Part shown: positions 13,870 to 33,273 of the stretch, in pieces | Numbering within the stretch: the first letter of the stretch is position 1 | Layout of the letters: every line of letters starts with the position of its first letter | Source of the DNA: the human T2T-CHM13v2.0 reference genome, Homo sapiens | DNA: 64,000 nt | Direction: 5' to 3' (one strand) | NCBI RefSeq assembly: GCF_009914755.1 | Contig: NC_060936.1 | Program-made: the position numbers and the translations under genes | The notes under the pieces: generated by a model | What the model was told of the DNA's origin: nothing | The model's input: the letters and a program-made list of their open reading frames with translations, nothing else | The model's database searches: none

Positions 13870-14966
13870 GGGGGAGGGCAGAGCAAATGGAGGACTAAAA
13901 TACTCTAAGAAACTGTCAGGAAATCTGGCTTTCATTCAGCTTCCTGAGAAACAGCAGGGAGAGGTGGTCAGGTGCCTTCGTAGAAGGCGGGAGCCCCATT
14001 GGTAGAAGTGGCTGAGTCTTCTTCAGCTCATGGATGTCTAATACTCAACCTTCAGTTTTTTTTTGTATTTTTGCTATGTAAAACCCCTTCATCTCTCCAA
14101 ATCTTCAGTAAAGTCTGCTACATACACAAAGGCCTTTGTGTGCGTGATCTTTTTCTTGGAAATGACAGGTGCACACCTGTCCACAGAACACAGAGGTGGC
14201 AGCAGCAGGTCGCAGCCACCGAGGCCATCACAGCCTGAAGCAAGGCAGTGGAAGCGGGGACTCAGCCGTGCAAGCTGCCCAGCCTCCCACCCAACCCCCC
14301 CCCCCCACCCAGAGAATGAAAAGCACTCAGGGACGCCTCCCAGCCTGGGGTCAGGTTCAAGCCAGTATCCCTGGGCTCCCCAGGAACAAGTGTCTCCATG
14401 GCTATCTGGTTATCTCAGTCCTTTACTGTCCCCAAGCGAGGTTCCAGGAGGGAGTTCTGTCACCAGGTTCTGTGAGCACTGCACCTTTAGGAGCAACACT
14501 AAATGGACACAGGACCCCCTGGATTTGAAGAGTGGTCAAAGGGAGAGGTTCAGGCAGGGGCCGGCAAGATGTGATCCCTAGCTTGGCATCCTAGGAACTC
14601 GAGTCTAGCACTTGGCTCAGGAATAAGCAGGCTTACTAGCAGCCCACATGACTGACTTGCTAGCCAAAATCAGAGCAGCGTGATTGATAAGCCCAAGTGC
14701 CACTTCATTAATTCACACGGAACAGCACCGCTCCCAGCACATGGGAATGCTTGTATCTGCCTGTCAGCACATTCCTTCCTCCATGGAACACCAGATCACT
14801 TGCACACGGTAGCTTGTGCCAGTGCTTACGCACGGAGTTGCCCAACCTTAAAGGATTGCAGGCCATTGATGTTGAGGACCTGGTGCCCCTGCGTCCACTA
14901 CAGGGACCTGAATTCTCCCATCTGAGAATCGAGAAATCCTTTTTTCTGGACATTGGTTAGCAATGA

Positions 14967-15100
14967 CTTTTTGTTTGTTTTTTTAGAGATGGGATCTCAC
15001 TATACTGCCTAGGCTGGTCTTGAGCTCCTGGCCTCAAGCAATCCTCCCACCTCAGCCTCCTGAGTAATTGGGATGACAGGCATGAGTCACCGTGCCCAAC
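14967..15100 (-). mobile_element. Alu monomer (FLAM-like)
   Basis: single reverse left arm. Confidence 0.85.
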
Positions 15101-15131
15101 AACATTTTTTGCCACCACAAGTCCATTCTAT

Positions 15132-15791
15132 CAGAGGTCCCCAACCCCTGGGCTGCAGGCCAGTACCCATCCGTGGCCTGTTAGGAACCAGGCCACATAG
15201 CAGGAGGTGAGCGGCAGGTGGGAGAGCAAGCATTACCGTCTGAGCTCTGCCTCCTGTCCAGCCGTGGCGTTGGATTCTCACAAGAGCACAAACCCTGCTG
15301 TGAACTGTGCATGCGAGGGATCTAGGTTGCGCTCTTCTTAAGAGAATCTATTGGCCAGGCGCGGTGGCTCACGCCTGTAATCCCAGCACTTTGGGAGGCC
15401 GAGGCGGGCAGATCACAAGGTCAGGAGATCTAGACCATCCTGGTTAACATGGTGAAACCCCGTCTCTACTACTAAAAATAGAAAAAAAAAAAATAAGCCA
15501 GACGTGGTGGCGGGCACCTGTAGTCCCAGCTACTCTGGGCTGAGGCAGGAGAATGGCGTGAACCCGGGAGGCAGAGCTTGCAGTAAGCCAAGATCGCGCC
15601 ACTGCACTCCAGCCTGGGCGACAGAGCGAAACTCTGTCTCAAAAAAAAAAAAAAAAAGAATCTATTGCCTGATGATATGAGGTGGAACAGTTTCATCCCC
15701 AAACCATCCCACCTGCACTCCCCGCTCCATCCGTGGAAAAATTGTCTTAAATGAAACCAGTCCCTGGTGCCACAAAGGTTGGGGACTGCTG
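15132..15791 (+). mobile_element. MER1B hAT-Charlie DNA transposon, interrupted by AluY
   Basis: TIRs cagaggtccccaacc / ggttggggactgctg; degenerate 8-bp TSD cattctat/cattacat; MER1B internal sequence. Confidence 0.9.
15353..15656 (+). mobile_element. AluY inside MER1B
   Basis: AluY diagnostics (gagaatggcgtgaacc, gagcttgcag); TSD agaatctatt. Confidence 0.95.
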
Positions 15792-16569
15792 CATTACATC
15801 ATGCAGAAAGCGACGATGCTGCTGAATAGGGTACAGTACGCAGCCAGCGGTCACTCCCCAAACACTACTGAGCACCTGAGAGTTGGCTGCTCGACTACAC
15901 TCATTTTTAGTAGTTTAGGGTTCAGAGGGGGATCATTCCGAAGCCTCCTTTGTACCTGGAGCAGTTTCTCCCCGCTTCCTCTCCCCGTCTGGGCGGAGAG
16001 ACAGGAGGCCTACCGGTCGCATGCTCAGCACCTTCCTTTCAGACTGTAGGCTGGACCAGTGACCCAACACGACCCCTCACCTTTAGGGCTGGGAGGGTGG
16101 AGGAGGGTCTGCTTTAGACTGAGTTCTTTTTGGTTCAGGCTTGTGGGTTGTGCTGGGCATCACAGACAGGCTTACAATTTGAGACTGACGAAAGCAAGGA
16201 AGGAGAAAGGAACAGGAAAACACAAGTGGAAGGGATGTGGGAGGAGCCAGGCTGGGAGTCCCGTTATTGTCCCTGAGAGTTGTCCTTTCAGGCACTGCCA
16301 GCAGTGATGAGCGGGGTGAGGGTGGCTGGCGCGGCCCAGTGCTATTCTGCCACAGCCAACAGCTGCATTTCCTGAGCAAACGCTAGAAGCAAGTACAGTC
16401 CTAGGTGCTGGGGATACAGTGGGGCAGAATGCAGAGGTCTTCAATCTCCTGTGGCCTCCCTTCTAGCAGGGGACTTCCAAGAAACAAGCAACAAAAAAGG
16501 TAGGTAAACAAGAAAGCAGCAGGAGGTGATGTGTGCTTTGATGAAAATAAAACCAGATGATGTGTTGGA

Positions 16570-17612
<1,043 letters not shown>

Positions 17613-18512
17613 CATTAGGGGGTGGCTGGAATGGCTTTTTCAGAGTGGGTGGTCCTTGAAGGCCTCTCTGAGGCGATACAGCAGCCAGCCACGTGAAGAC
17701 CTGGGGAAGGAGCCCAGGGCAAGTGTGTGGAGGCAGGAAAGCGCACATGTTCAGGTGGAGAAAGAGGGCTGGAGTGACGTCCTGGTCCTGCTCCACAGGG
17801 TGTATCTTTAATCATTTACTAGAGGAGAGTAGCGGTTTCGGGAGGTGGTTTTTTCTCCCGCTCCATCTGTTTCCTCCCAGTTGGCTTTCTCTTGGTTAGT
17901 TTGGGTCTTGGCCATTCATGGCAGAGCCCTTCCTCAGAAGCCCAGCAGTCCTAGTTGTTCAAACTTAAGACTGGGCGCTAAAAGCCAATGAGAGGCTCTG
18001 ACTGTGCAGCAGGTGCTGGAGGCTGGGTCGCGCTCTGTGACCATCTGACTGGGCTCTTATTTTAGGAAGTGAGTTTCTGTAGGGTATTTCCTCCTGGCCT
18101 GGTCAAATTCCATGGATGGGGTTTCTTCAATTGCTTGCTGGGGAGAGCATGTGGCCACCAGCATTCTGGGAACCAAGTGCTGGAATGTCTCAACCTGCAG
18201 TATGGAAACTTTCACTAATCCCCCTGTTTCATGCACTGTGTGCTCTCGCGTTCAGCTGTAGCTGGTGTCCCCCAGGGAGAGAACTCCCAGCTGCTGCCTG
18301 AGCTGTGCAGGGGAAGTCCCCCGACTGCACGGGGTTGAGGAGAGATTTGGGGAATCTATCTCTTCTTGAGCTCAATTTGGTCAATTCTTCTGTCTTTGGC
18401 CCCATCTCTACCTCTACTTCCAGAGATACCTGGTGCCACCAGTTCATGACTTTTGAAGGGTTTGGTGGTATGAGTCATGCTCCTTTGTGGCTTTCCCTGG
18501 TTTAGGATTCAG

Positions 18513-18870
<358 letters not shown>

Positions 18871-18928
18871 CCTTTCTTGCTTGTTTCCTTGCTTGCTTTC
18901 CTTCTTATTTCTTTCTCTTATTAATATT

Positions 18929-19204
<276 letters not shown>

Positions 19205-19609
19205 TTTGCTCTTTCTTTCTCTTTCTTTCTTTCCTTCCTTCCTTTTCTTTCTTTCTTTCTTCCTTTCTTTCTCTTTCCTTCCTTCCTTCCTTCCTTCCTC
19301 CTTCCTTCCTTTCAGCCACCACACTCTGGCCTCCCTCCATCCCTCCCTCTCTCCCTCCATCCCCTTTCTTTCTTTCTTTTTCTTTCTTTCTTTTCTTTCT
19401 TTCCTTCCTTCCTTCCTTCTTTCTTTCTTCTTTTCTCTTTTCCCTTCTCTTTCTCTTTCTCTCTCTCTCTCTCTCCTTCCTTCCTTTCTTTGTTTCTGTC
19501 TGTCTGTCTTTCTTTCTTCTTTCTTTCTTTCTTCTTTCCCTCCTTCTCTCCCTCCCTTTCTCTCTCTCTCTCCCCCTTCCCCTCTCCTCCCCTCCTCTCC
19601 CCTTCCCTT
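19205..19609. repeat. ~400-bp compound polypyrimidine microsatellite (TTTC/TTCC/TC/CCCT)
   Basis: near-pure C/T on + strand; abuts a ~45-bp Alu 3' remnant at 19610-19655. Confidence 0.95.
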
Positions 19610-19715
19610 GACAGAGTCTTGCTTCGTCGCCCAGGCTGGAAGCGCAATGGCATGATATAAGTGATTTAAGATAGAAAAGTATTTCTCTCTCATGAAATCT
19701 GTCCATAATTGTTAA

Positions 19716-20021
<306 letters not shown>

Positions 20022-20330
20022 TAGCTCCAAGATCATTTTACCTTGTTGCTTTACAATGGGTAGTTTCTATTCCTAAGGTAATATCATGGTCCAGAAGAGC
20101 TTCAGGAAATCCAAGACCATTACATAACATTCCATTCAACTGAAAAGAAAAAGGAGTGAAGCTTTTGAAGGCCCTGACAAGATTTTGTGGTAGGGAGACT
20201 GCTTTTTTTTTTTTCTCCTAACATCTGTTAACAAAATTTCTGTTATCATCTTTTTCTGGTAATATCTGGTAGTTATGTATGTTGCTGACACCTCAATGTC
20301 TGAAATCGAGTAAGAAAGTAAGATCTATGC

Positions 20331-20646
<316 letters not shown>

Positions 20647-20652
20647 CTATGC

Positions 20653-21040
20653 TGCTATGGTTTTAATGTGTCCCCTGCAAAATTCAGGTGTTGTCAATGT
20701 GATAGTATTAAGAGGTGGGGCCTTTAACAGGTGATTATATCATAAGGACTTCTCCCCTCATGAACAGGATTAGTGCCCTTATGAAAGAGGCTTCCCATGG
20801 CTGTTGGCCCTTTTGCCCTTCTGCCTTCTGCCAAGTGAGGACAGTGTTCCTCCCCTCTGGAGGATGCAGCTTTCAAGCCACCATTGTGGAAACCAAAATT
20901 GGACCCTCATCAGACACAGAATTTGCTGGAACCTTGATCTTGGACTTCCCAGCCTTCAGAACTGAGAGAAGTAAATTTTTATTTTTTATAAATAAACCAG
21001 TCCCAGATATCTGTTATAGCAGCGCAAAAGGACTAAGACA
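20653..21040 (+). mobile_element. MST (MSTB-like) MaLR solo LTR
   Basis: TGCTATGGTTTTAATGTGTCCCC ... ccttgatcttggacttcccagccttcagaactgagag ... GGACTAAGACA; flanked by atgc. Confidence 0.9.
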
Positions 21041-21502
21041 ATGCTTTCTTAGACAATGGGTTGCTCAAATGTCGAACTCTGCTGTTTTATGCTATTTCTA
21101 TAGTTTACTTTTCAAGATTTTACTAATATAAGCTTTACAATTTTATAATGTACTGATACACATTTTTATGGTGTTCTTATTATATTCCATGGAAAATGGC
21201 AAAATAAATTTTAAGATTCCAGAAAAAAAAAAAAGAAAGAAAGAAAGAAAAAGGAGTGAAGAAGAGCATGCCCCTCCCTTTTGGGAATTTCTGGAAATTG
21301 CATTTCTGCTTACCTTCATTGGCCTCACTTAGCTGCAGGAGCCCCTAGGAAATATAGTTTTTATTCTGAGTGACCATATGCCATATGGAGGAATCCTATT
21401 ACTCAGGAAGTAGAGGAAACCAGGGATCTCTACGACAAATGCATTTCTCTGCCCTCATCTTAACTCTCTGTCAATAGCATTTGACCACTACTCCTGGAAA
21501 CA

Positions 21503-22469
<967 letters not shown>

Positions 22470-22716
22470 CCCTACAAAGCGTTTTCAAATACAACGTCTT
22501 TCTTGCCGTTTACAGCTACACTGTGATACTGTAGACATCCTCTTCACAGATGAAGAAATAGAGGCTCAGAGAAATCACTAACTCAACGCCACTTGGTTAC
22601 TAGGTTGCAGATCTTGCACTGTACTTCAACTTGGAAGTCCTGGCGCCTCCACAGTGCTCGTGAAAAGAGGTGGACAGCAGGTGACGCATGTGCAGGGTTT
22701 GCCTAAGGCCAGGTAG

Positions 22717-23163
<447 letters not shown>

Positions 23164-24116
23164 TAGGGGTGATGTGGGGTGCAGGAGATTGTGGAGAATA
23201 GAGGGAAGTAAACATTAGACAAGCACCACGAGAGGGAAATGTGCTTGCCAGCTGGCGCGCTAGCAATCCCATCTTAGAAGTAATCAGGGAGTAATCAGAT
23301 GTTCAGTCCAAGAGTCTGCTGAGTGTCTTGTGACTATATCAATGTTTTCTCAGAATCAAAGGGATCTGCTTCTCTTCACAGCCTCGCTCCCTCAGAGGCC
23401 AAGCTGAGAAGTTTTGAAGTTTGGCATGATTCTCTTATTCTGCTTTTCCTTGTCAGTAACTACTTTGCTGACTTCTTTCCAATTTCTTTCTCTAAATCCC
23501 CACCAATCCTGCACAGACCCTTTGGGGCTGGTGTCTGCCAACATTATGTTGAAGTTGCCGGGGACACACAGATTTCTGATTTTAAGCTGTTTAGGGGTTT
23601 GCACCGTCTTAACAGCAAGCAAAGGTGAGTGACTTGTACGTAACTCGCTCAAGTTGACACAGTCGGAGAGTGGAAGCTGGGACTCAAAGCCAGCCTGTGA
23701 CTTCTTAGACCACATGCTGTCTCCCAGCATTAGTTCTGGAAAAGGAAGAGCCCCCAGGAAACACCATTCCGTCCATCACATCCCTGTGCCCCTTTCATCT
23801 TGACGGACCCACCCTAGCACTGGCCCTGGAGACACATGAAAGCACGCCTCAGATGCCTGCTCCTGGGAAGGTCTCGAGCCCCTCCCGGCTTATAATTGGC
23901 CCACTTGCTCTTTCTCTTCATCTGGCTGGGGCTTGGATTCCTGGCTGGAGTCCCTGGCTTTGATATTTGCTTTTGCTCTCCTGGTTTGGCAACTCATCAC
24001 ATTCCCCGGGTGGCCTCCATTTTCTGTTAGCCCTCTGCCCTGCTCCCTCCTCTGGGTTTGTGTCCTCCCAGGGCCTCCAGTAGGAATTCTAGGAATGCCT
24101 AGAGTCCAGACAGGCC

Positions 24117-24270
24117 TCATTCATCCCATAAACATGTACTAAGCACCTAGGGTGTGTTGGGCACTGTTCTGTCTGCTGGGGATGCAGCAGTGAATAAAAT
24201 CAAAGTCCCTGCCCTTAAGGAGCTTATATTCTACTGGGGGGAGTCACATAACAAATGAAGAGTTGTGTCA
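24117..24270 (-). mobile_element. L2 3' end fragment
   Basis: tcattcatccc...aagcaccta...ggcactgttct...gctggggatgcagcagtgaataaaa...gtccctgccctt. Confidence 0.8.
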
Positions 24271-24433
24271 GGCCTCCTATTCTATTTCTCCCCCTCCCAG
24301 CCATACCCAAACTACTCTTGGATCTGATCTGCGTGACAGAGGCAAGGCCACACACACACTAGATCAACAGAGGGAGTGTGAGATGCAGAAGTGAGAGGCG
24401 GCAGGTGCCCCAAAGCCTCCTGACACAAGGTCA

Positions 24434-24592
<159 letters not shown>

Positions 24593-24699
24593 ACACTACA
24601 GAGAGAGAGGGCGGACCTGGCTGAGGGAGCAGCCCCAGCCTGTGGTCACTGGGACCACGGAAGGAGCCACATGCACAGGTGCTCACTTGTGAACAGCAC

Positions 24700-24852
24700 C
24701 TACTTTCTGGGCTTCAGAGCGTGGTCCCCGGAAGAGTGCCAGTGCGTCATCTGGGAGCCCACTGCACGTGCAAACCTCACCCCACCCACTCCAGCCCTTC
24801 CCAGTCAAAATCCTCAGGGGGTTCCTGAAGTTTGAGAAACAACAGAGCTAGA
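24700..24852. mobile_element. MER5A-type DNA transposon remnant
   Basis: gtggtcccc...catctgggagc...tgcaaacctc...aagtttgagaaac. Confidence 0.65.
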
Positions 24853-26525
24853 CTTTTTGACCAGGTACAGATTGATCACCCCAAAGCCATGGTCAATCCA
24901 TGATAACTCCTCTCCCCCATGGAGATGGAGTAGGGATATGAGTGGGATACAGAGACTTCCTTCCATGGAAAGGTATGCATTTGAGCAGCATATTCATCAC
25001 CGTTTGTAAAAATTAGTGACTTTTCTCTTTACAAACAAAACACCAATAAAAATGAATGAAAGAAAATTAAATTTGAAAGAGGTGCTTCCTTTTAATTTGA
25101 CTTGTAATATTTTTAACTGTCAAAATTTCAACAAATAAATCTCTTTCTATACTTTTGTGTTAGTTTATAAGCTACTAAGTCATGGTCAGTTGAGTTTTTA
25201 ATGCCTGAGGGAAGCTTTTATGCGTGGAGAGGAACAAATTTATTTGTGTATTTTACTTATGTTTCCAGTTTATTGAAGGTGTACATTTTATTGTTATTTT
25301 CATTTTTATTTGTTTTACTTTGTTTTGGGGGGACAGAGTCTCGCTCTGTCACCCAAACTGGAGCACAGTGGTATAATCATGGCTCATTGCAGCCTTCAAC
25401 TCCTGGTCCCATGTGATGCTCCTGCCTCAGCCTCCCAAAATGGTGGGACCACAAGCATGAGCCACTGCACCCAAAGTTGTACATTTTCAAGACTAGTTTT
25501 GTTAAGTTCAACTCATACAATTTATTACTTTGCTCATAAATCTAGTATTTTTATGTTACTTTGCTCATAAATCTAGTATTTCTATCACTTGTTCTTTGAT
25601 TAATGCCTGATTAGCTTATAAATTCTCTAAACATTAAATATTACTTATAAGCTTGATTAATTAAATTAGCTTAGGCTGTTTAAACTATATTAATATTAAT
25701 ATTCAAACATCTAACAAGGCAGATATACAAATCTAACAAAATCTTAGACACTAAGCATGTAGCACTAATAATTTAAACACTATTCACAAAACATAGCCTC
25801 AATTTATAGACCCAATTAGATTTATTTAAGCATTTAACCACCAAACTTAATCTACCTAAATACTAAACTAATATCACAAGTTTAATGTCACATGCTTTTA
25901 CACTTTTCCAACACTTTAAAAAGCAGATTTTAAAATTCTATACTTTAAAGTCATTAGTGGTTAATTTTGTTACGTGAATTTTACCTCAACTAAAAAGCAG
26001 ATAAAACCCAAATCATCCCAGTGTTTGCAGTAGTTATTACCTAAAGCTATTAAAGTAGTTACTCCTTAAAGGTATTACAAGAGTATTAATCTACGTTCGT
26101 GTCCATCATCTTCTTTATATTTATTTTTAAGCCTCTATCCAAAGAAAGAAAGCAGAATTAGCCTCACAGTTGGGCTGAAATCAGTTGAAGATGTAGGTCT
26201 GAGGTACGGTTACAGATCGGGGTATGAGTTCCAGATTTGGAGCTGCCGTGCTGTTCCAGTATGGAGAGATGCTTGGAGCCTGGGCACTGGGTCTGGGAGT
26301 GGGGCCTGGATGTGCCTTCTACAGTCATTTCTCCCAGGCTGGCAATTATCAGTGTGGGTGGCTTCCTTTGGTCAAGTTTTTCCTGCCGAATTAACAAGAT
26401 TCATAGAACTCTCACTGTTTTGTTTTGTTTTGTTTTTTGTTTTTAAATAATTCAGTGCATCTTTCATCCCTGAGTGTCCTTTAAATCTCATTACCTGATA
26501 TAAATACATAAGTACAAGAAATTCG

Positions 26526-26844
<319 letters not shown>

Positions 26845-27061
26845 TTATAAATCAAAACTTGGCTATGGTATGCACAGTGTTTTAAAAGTGGACACTTCAG
26901 AACAATTGGCTTTGGCAAAACAAAAACAACCAAAAACCAGTTGACATTTTCAGGAGCTCACATATACTTTTAGTATAACCCATATCCAGTACCATTATGG
27001 ACTCAAGCTTTTCACTACATTTTTGTTTTCTTTTTGATAATCAGATGATCACAGTTTTGCC

Positions 27062-27648
<587 letters not shown>

Positions 27649-27734
27649 AGCTTTGACTTTTTATGCTGCGTCCTTTTTCCTTTTAACACTACCTTAAACA
27701 TTTTTGTTTTTTAACTTACATACTTCTAGCAAAG

Positions 27735-27965
27735 TCTGCTCAGGCCAACTCTGATTTTTCTTGCACCAAGGTATGGAATCAGCTATTCCCCAAGGAGCCC
27801 TGTTTCTTTGAGTGGCAAATGTTATCAGTTGAATGTTATGTCTGGGCGCTCATGGTGCGAATCACATTATCCGTGTGAGAACTAAAGGCAGGCGTCTGCT
27901 TCTAGTGCACTCCAGTGGGAGCTGGGAAATGAGTTCGTGCTGATGTGTCCAATTCAACTCCAACT
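27735..27965 (-). mobile_element. L1MC4/5-like 3' fragment
   Basis: tggaatcagctattccccaaggagccctgtttctttgagtgg...atgagttcgtgctgat...ccaattcaa. Confidence 0.65.
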
Positions 27966-28528
27966 CTAAGTCCTTTAAAAAAATACACCCTGTTATAAAA
28001 GGTTTTCATTTTTTTCTCCCCTTTTAAACTTCCAGCTTATTCTTCTTTTATAAAAACAACTATATATATATATTTTTTTCTACCTCCTTCCCCCCATATG
28101 TGTATTCCAATTAAAACATTAATGAACTTTTTAATGTCATAAATGGATGTATACCTACTTAGATCCCAGACACCCTGGCAAGGGCTTCAAATGTGCCATC
28201 TTCACTTTTATACTCCTTGTGTGTCTTATCAACCATCATCCTCTGGTCATTTATTGACAGTCACACAATTTCATTTCACCCAACTCTATTGAATTCATGA
28301 GACTTTGATTTCAATTTCAAACCATCGGCATGGGTTCCTGCTGTCCAGGAGCAATCACGCCTTCTGACTCTTCCCTGCGTTTGGTACTGGAGATCGGGGA
28401 TGTCATTTTCTCATTGTTTCTCCCTGTTATCTTCAGGGCTCCTCTCAGACGGTCTCTGCGACCTGCTCTTCAGAGAGCTTCCGGAGGAAATATAATTAAC
28501 ATGCATCTAACAAAGTTAACCTTTTTAA

Positions 28529-28855
<327 letters not shown>

Positions 28856-29081
28856 TAAGCAGATTTCTTTTTCATAGTGCATGCAATGGAGAAAAGCAGA
28901 TAACTCTATCTCCATCAGCTTGTCCCCAAAGTCCAAGCCCCTCTCCTTGTCACCCAGCACACCCTCATCTCAAGTGCTCAGCCTTTCTTGTCCTGACTCA
29001 GCTCCTACCTTCCCCACATCCCACTTCCTCCACCATGCTGCCCTGACGTAACCAGCAAACGTCCTATATCCTCGCCCCTTC

Positions 29082-29600
29082 TGAAGAGGACACACCCTAA
29101 GAGGCCACCATGATCCCTGGCTCCTGGTGCTCACACCTCTGTGTAATGCCCTCTCCTTGAGTACATGTGCACCTGTCACTTGCTTCTAATGAACAGAATA
29201 TGCAGCGGGGTTGGATGTCACACTGTGATGGAGTGATATTATGAGACTGTCTTGCTAACAGACTTGTTCTGGAGACTTTTTGCTGGCTCAGTGAAATGAG
29301 CAGCACATTGGAAAGGCTCACGTGGCTAAGAACTGAGGGCAGCTTCCAGCAGACAGCCAGTGAGGAATCAGGAAACGAATTCTCCTGCATCCCGAGTGAG
29401 CTGGAAGCAGATTCTTCTAGTGGAGCTTCCAGATGGCACTGTGGCCAACACCCTGATTATAGTCTCCTGCGATCCTGAGCAGACAGCCCAGCTAAGCCAT
29501 GCTGAGACTGACTCACAGACCCTGTGAGATACTAAGTGTGTGTTGTTTTAAGCCTCTGAATCTGTAGTAATTTGTTCTGCAGCCATAGATAAATAAAATC
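29082..29600 (+). mobile_element. MLT1F-type MaLR LTR
   Basis: ctcctggtgctcacacctctgtgtaatgccctctccttgag...cacttgcttctaatgaacagaatatg...gttgttttaagcc...taatttgttctgcagccatagataa. Confidence 0.85.
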
Positions 29601-30548
29601 ATACCCCAGCACACACTGTGTCTTCCGTAGCCCTCCTACAGTGGTGGTTGTCATTTTCTCCGTGCCACAGCTTAAAAGCTGGGCAGTAAGGTCATTGTCT
29701 TCTTTGCTTTCCATTTCCCTTAGGCTTTTTCTGAGCCTCAACCATACAGCTATGCCACCCTCTTCCCTTCCTGAAAGCCTCTGTCATCCACCGACCTCCA
29801 GGTCCCTCCTTCTTCAAAGATCTCTGCATCAGTCTCACCACTTCCTCCTCAGCTGTGTGCTGCTGTCATCCTAGGTCAATTCACCCCTGGTTTGGGTGAA
29901 ATTGTCAACAGTCCAACTGGGCTCTCAGCTTCTTGACTCCCTCTTCCCTAAAGATCACCTCTACTGTCACTAAGCCACCCACTTCCACAGTCACAGTTTG
30001 GGCTTTGGCACTATTGGAAGTTGAGACTTTCCACTTCCAAATCACTGATTATTCACTCTCCTCTTCTCTGACTGCTGCTCCTTTCCCCATGGCTGGCCTG
30101 TGCGGGTACCCCCACTGCACCTGTTCACCATCATCAGCACCTCTGATCTGTGGCTGTCTCTACTTATCCCCATACCATCAGCTGTCTCTCTCCCTTCCTT
30201 CCTCCTTTATCATGCTTAGAGTCCATGTCTCTAACAATGTTGGTCAAGCCCTAATCTGGATCCTTTGTCATTTTTTTATCCTATCTGGCAAAATCCCAAC
30301 TGTGTATGGACCCAACTACCTATTACTGTGCCTGCTCTCAGGCAGCCTCTGGGAAAGTCACACAACAGGGCATATTGGTTCTACATAAATTCATGATTAC
30401 TACATCCAGAGGTACCCTCACTACACCTGGGGAACCCCGATAAGTGTCTGATTAATTTACTTTCCCACAGCGATTATTTCAAACCCCTGTCGATCTCCCC
30501 AAGCCCCTGGCCCTTCCTTCAAACCTCCACTTGCAGATGACCTTGTCT

Positions 30549-30847
30549 CTTTCTTTTTTTACTTAGAGACAAGGTCTTGCTCTGTGGCCTAGCCTGGAGT
30601 GCAGTGGTGTGATCTCAGCTCACTGCAACCTTTGCCTCCCAGACTCAAGTGTTCCTTACATCTTGGCCTCCCAGATAGCTAGGACCACAGGCAAGCACCA
30701 CCACACACAGCAAATTTTAAAATTTTGTGTAGAGACAAGGTCTCACTATATTGACCAGGCTGGTCTCAAACTCCTGGGCTCAAGCAATCCTCCCTCTTCA
30801 GCCTCCCAAAGTGCTGGGATTATAGGTGTGAACCAATGCACCCGGCT
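30549..30847 (-). mobile_element. AluJ within L2 sequence
   Basis: reverse dimer; flanks ccttgtctctttc / ctttgtctcttc. Confidence 0.9.
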
Positions 30848-30972
30848 TTGTCTCTTCCTTTCTCTTTCTTTCTTTCACTTTTACAGGGAAAGAGAAGCCA
30901 CCAAATAAAAATTCCCATCTCGAACCTATAAATCCACCTGTATTTGCTCTCATCCTATACTTCTTTTCCCTC

Positions 30973-32059
<1,087 letters not shown>

Positions 32060-32866
32060 CCTCCTGTTGCGATGCAAGTGCTGTCATATTTTCTGCCTTA
32101 GCCAAATCCCTACCCTTACACTGTGAATTCTATGAACCCATTTGTGGACCTCCCCAAAAGCTTCTAAGTGTATATTTTTTATCTCCTTTCTTTTTTCTTC
32201 TCCTTCTGAAATTCCAATTATCCATACATTAGACATTTTCATATTGTTCCACAGGTCTCTGAGGCTCTGTTGTCTCTTTTTCTTTCCAGTGTTCCATTGA
32301 TCTCTCTTCAAGTTCATTTGCTCTTTCCACTGAGATGGTGGAATGATCATTAAGCACATCCAGTTAATTCTTTGTTTTTGTTTTGAGATGGGGTCTTGCT
32401 ATGTTGCCCAGGCTGGTCTCAAACTTGTAGGCTCATGTGATCCCCCCACCTCAGCTTCCTGAGTAACTGGGATTACACTGCACTGAACACAGCCAGTGAA
32501 TTTTTTATTCTATATATTTTTGTTCTAAAATTTCCATTTTGTTCTTTTTAATATTTTGTATTTTTTGGCTGTGGCTTCCTATCTGTTCATTCATTATGTG
32601 TGTGTTTTTCTTTATATTCTTCAGCATAATGATAGTAGTTGCCTTAATATCCTTGTCTGATAATTCCAACATCCAAGTTACCTTGAGATTGGCTTCTGTT
32701 GTCTGTTTTTCCCTTGAGAATGGGTCATGTTTTCCTGGTTCTTTGTATGCTTAGTAATTTTGGATCATATCCTGAGTATTTTGAAGGTTATGTTGAGGAG
32801 ACTCTAGATTCTGTTTAATTCCTCAGAAAAAGGCTAACCTTTTTCCTTTAGCAGGCAATTCACTAA

Positions 32867-33273
<407 letters not shown>

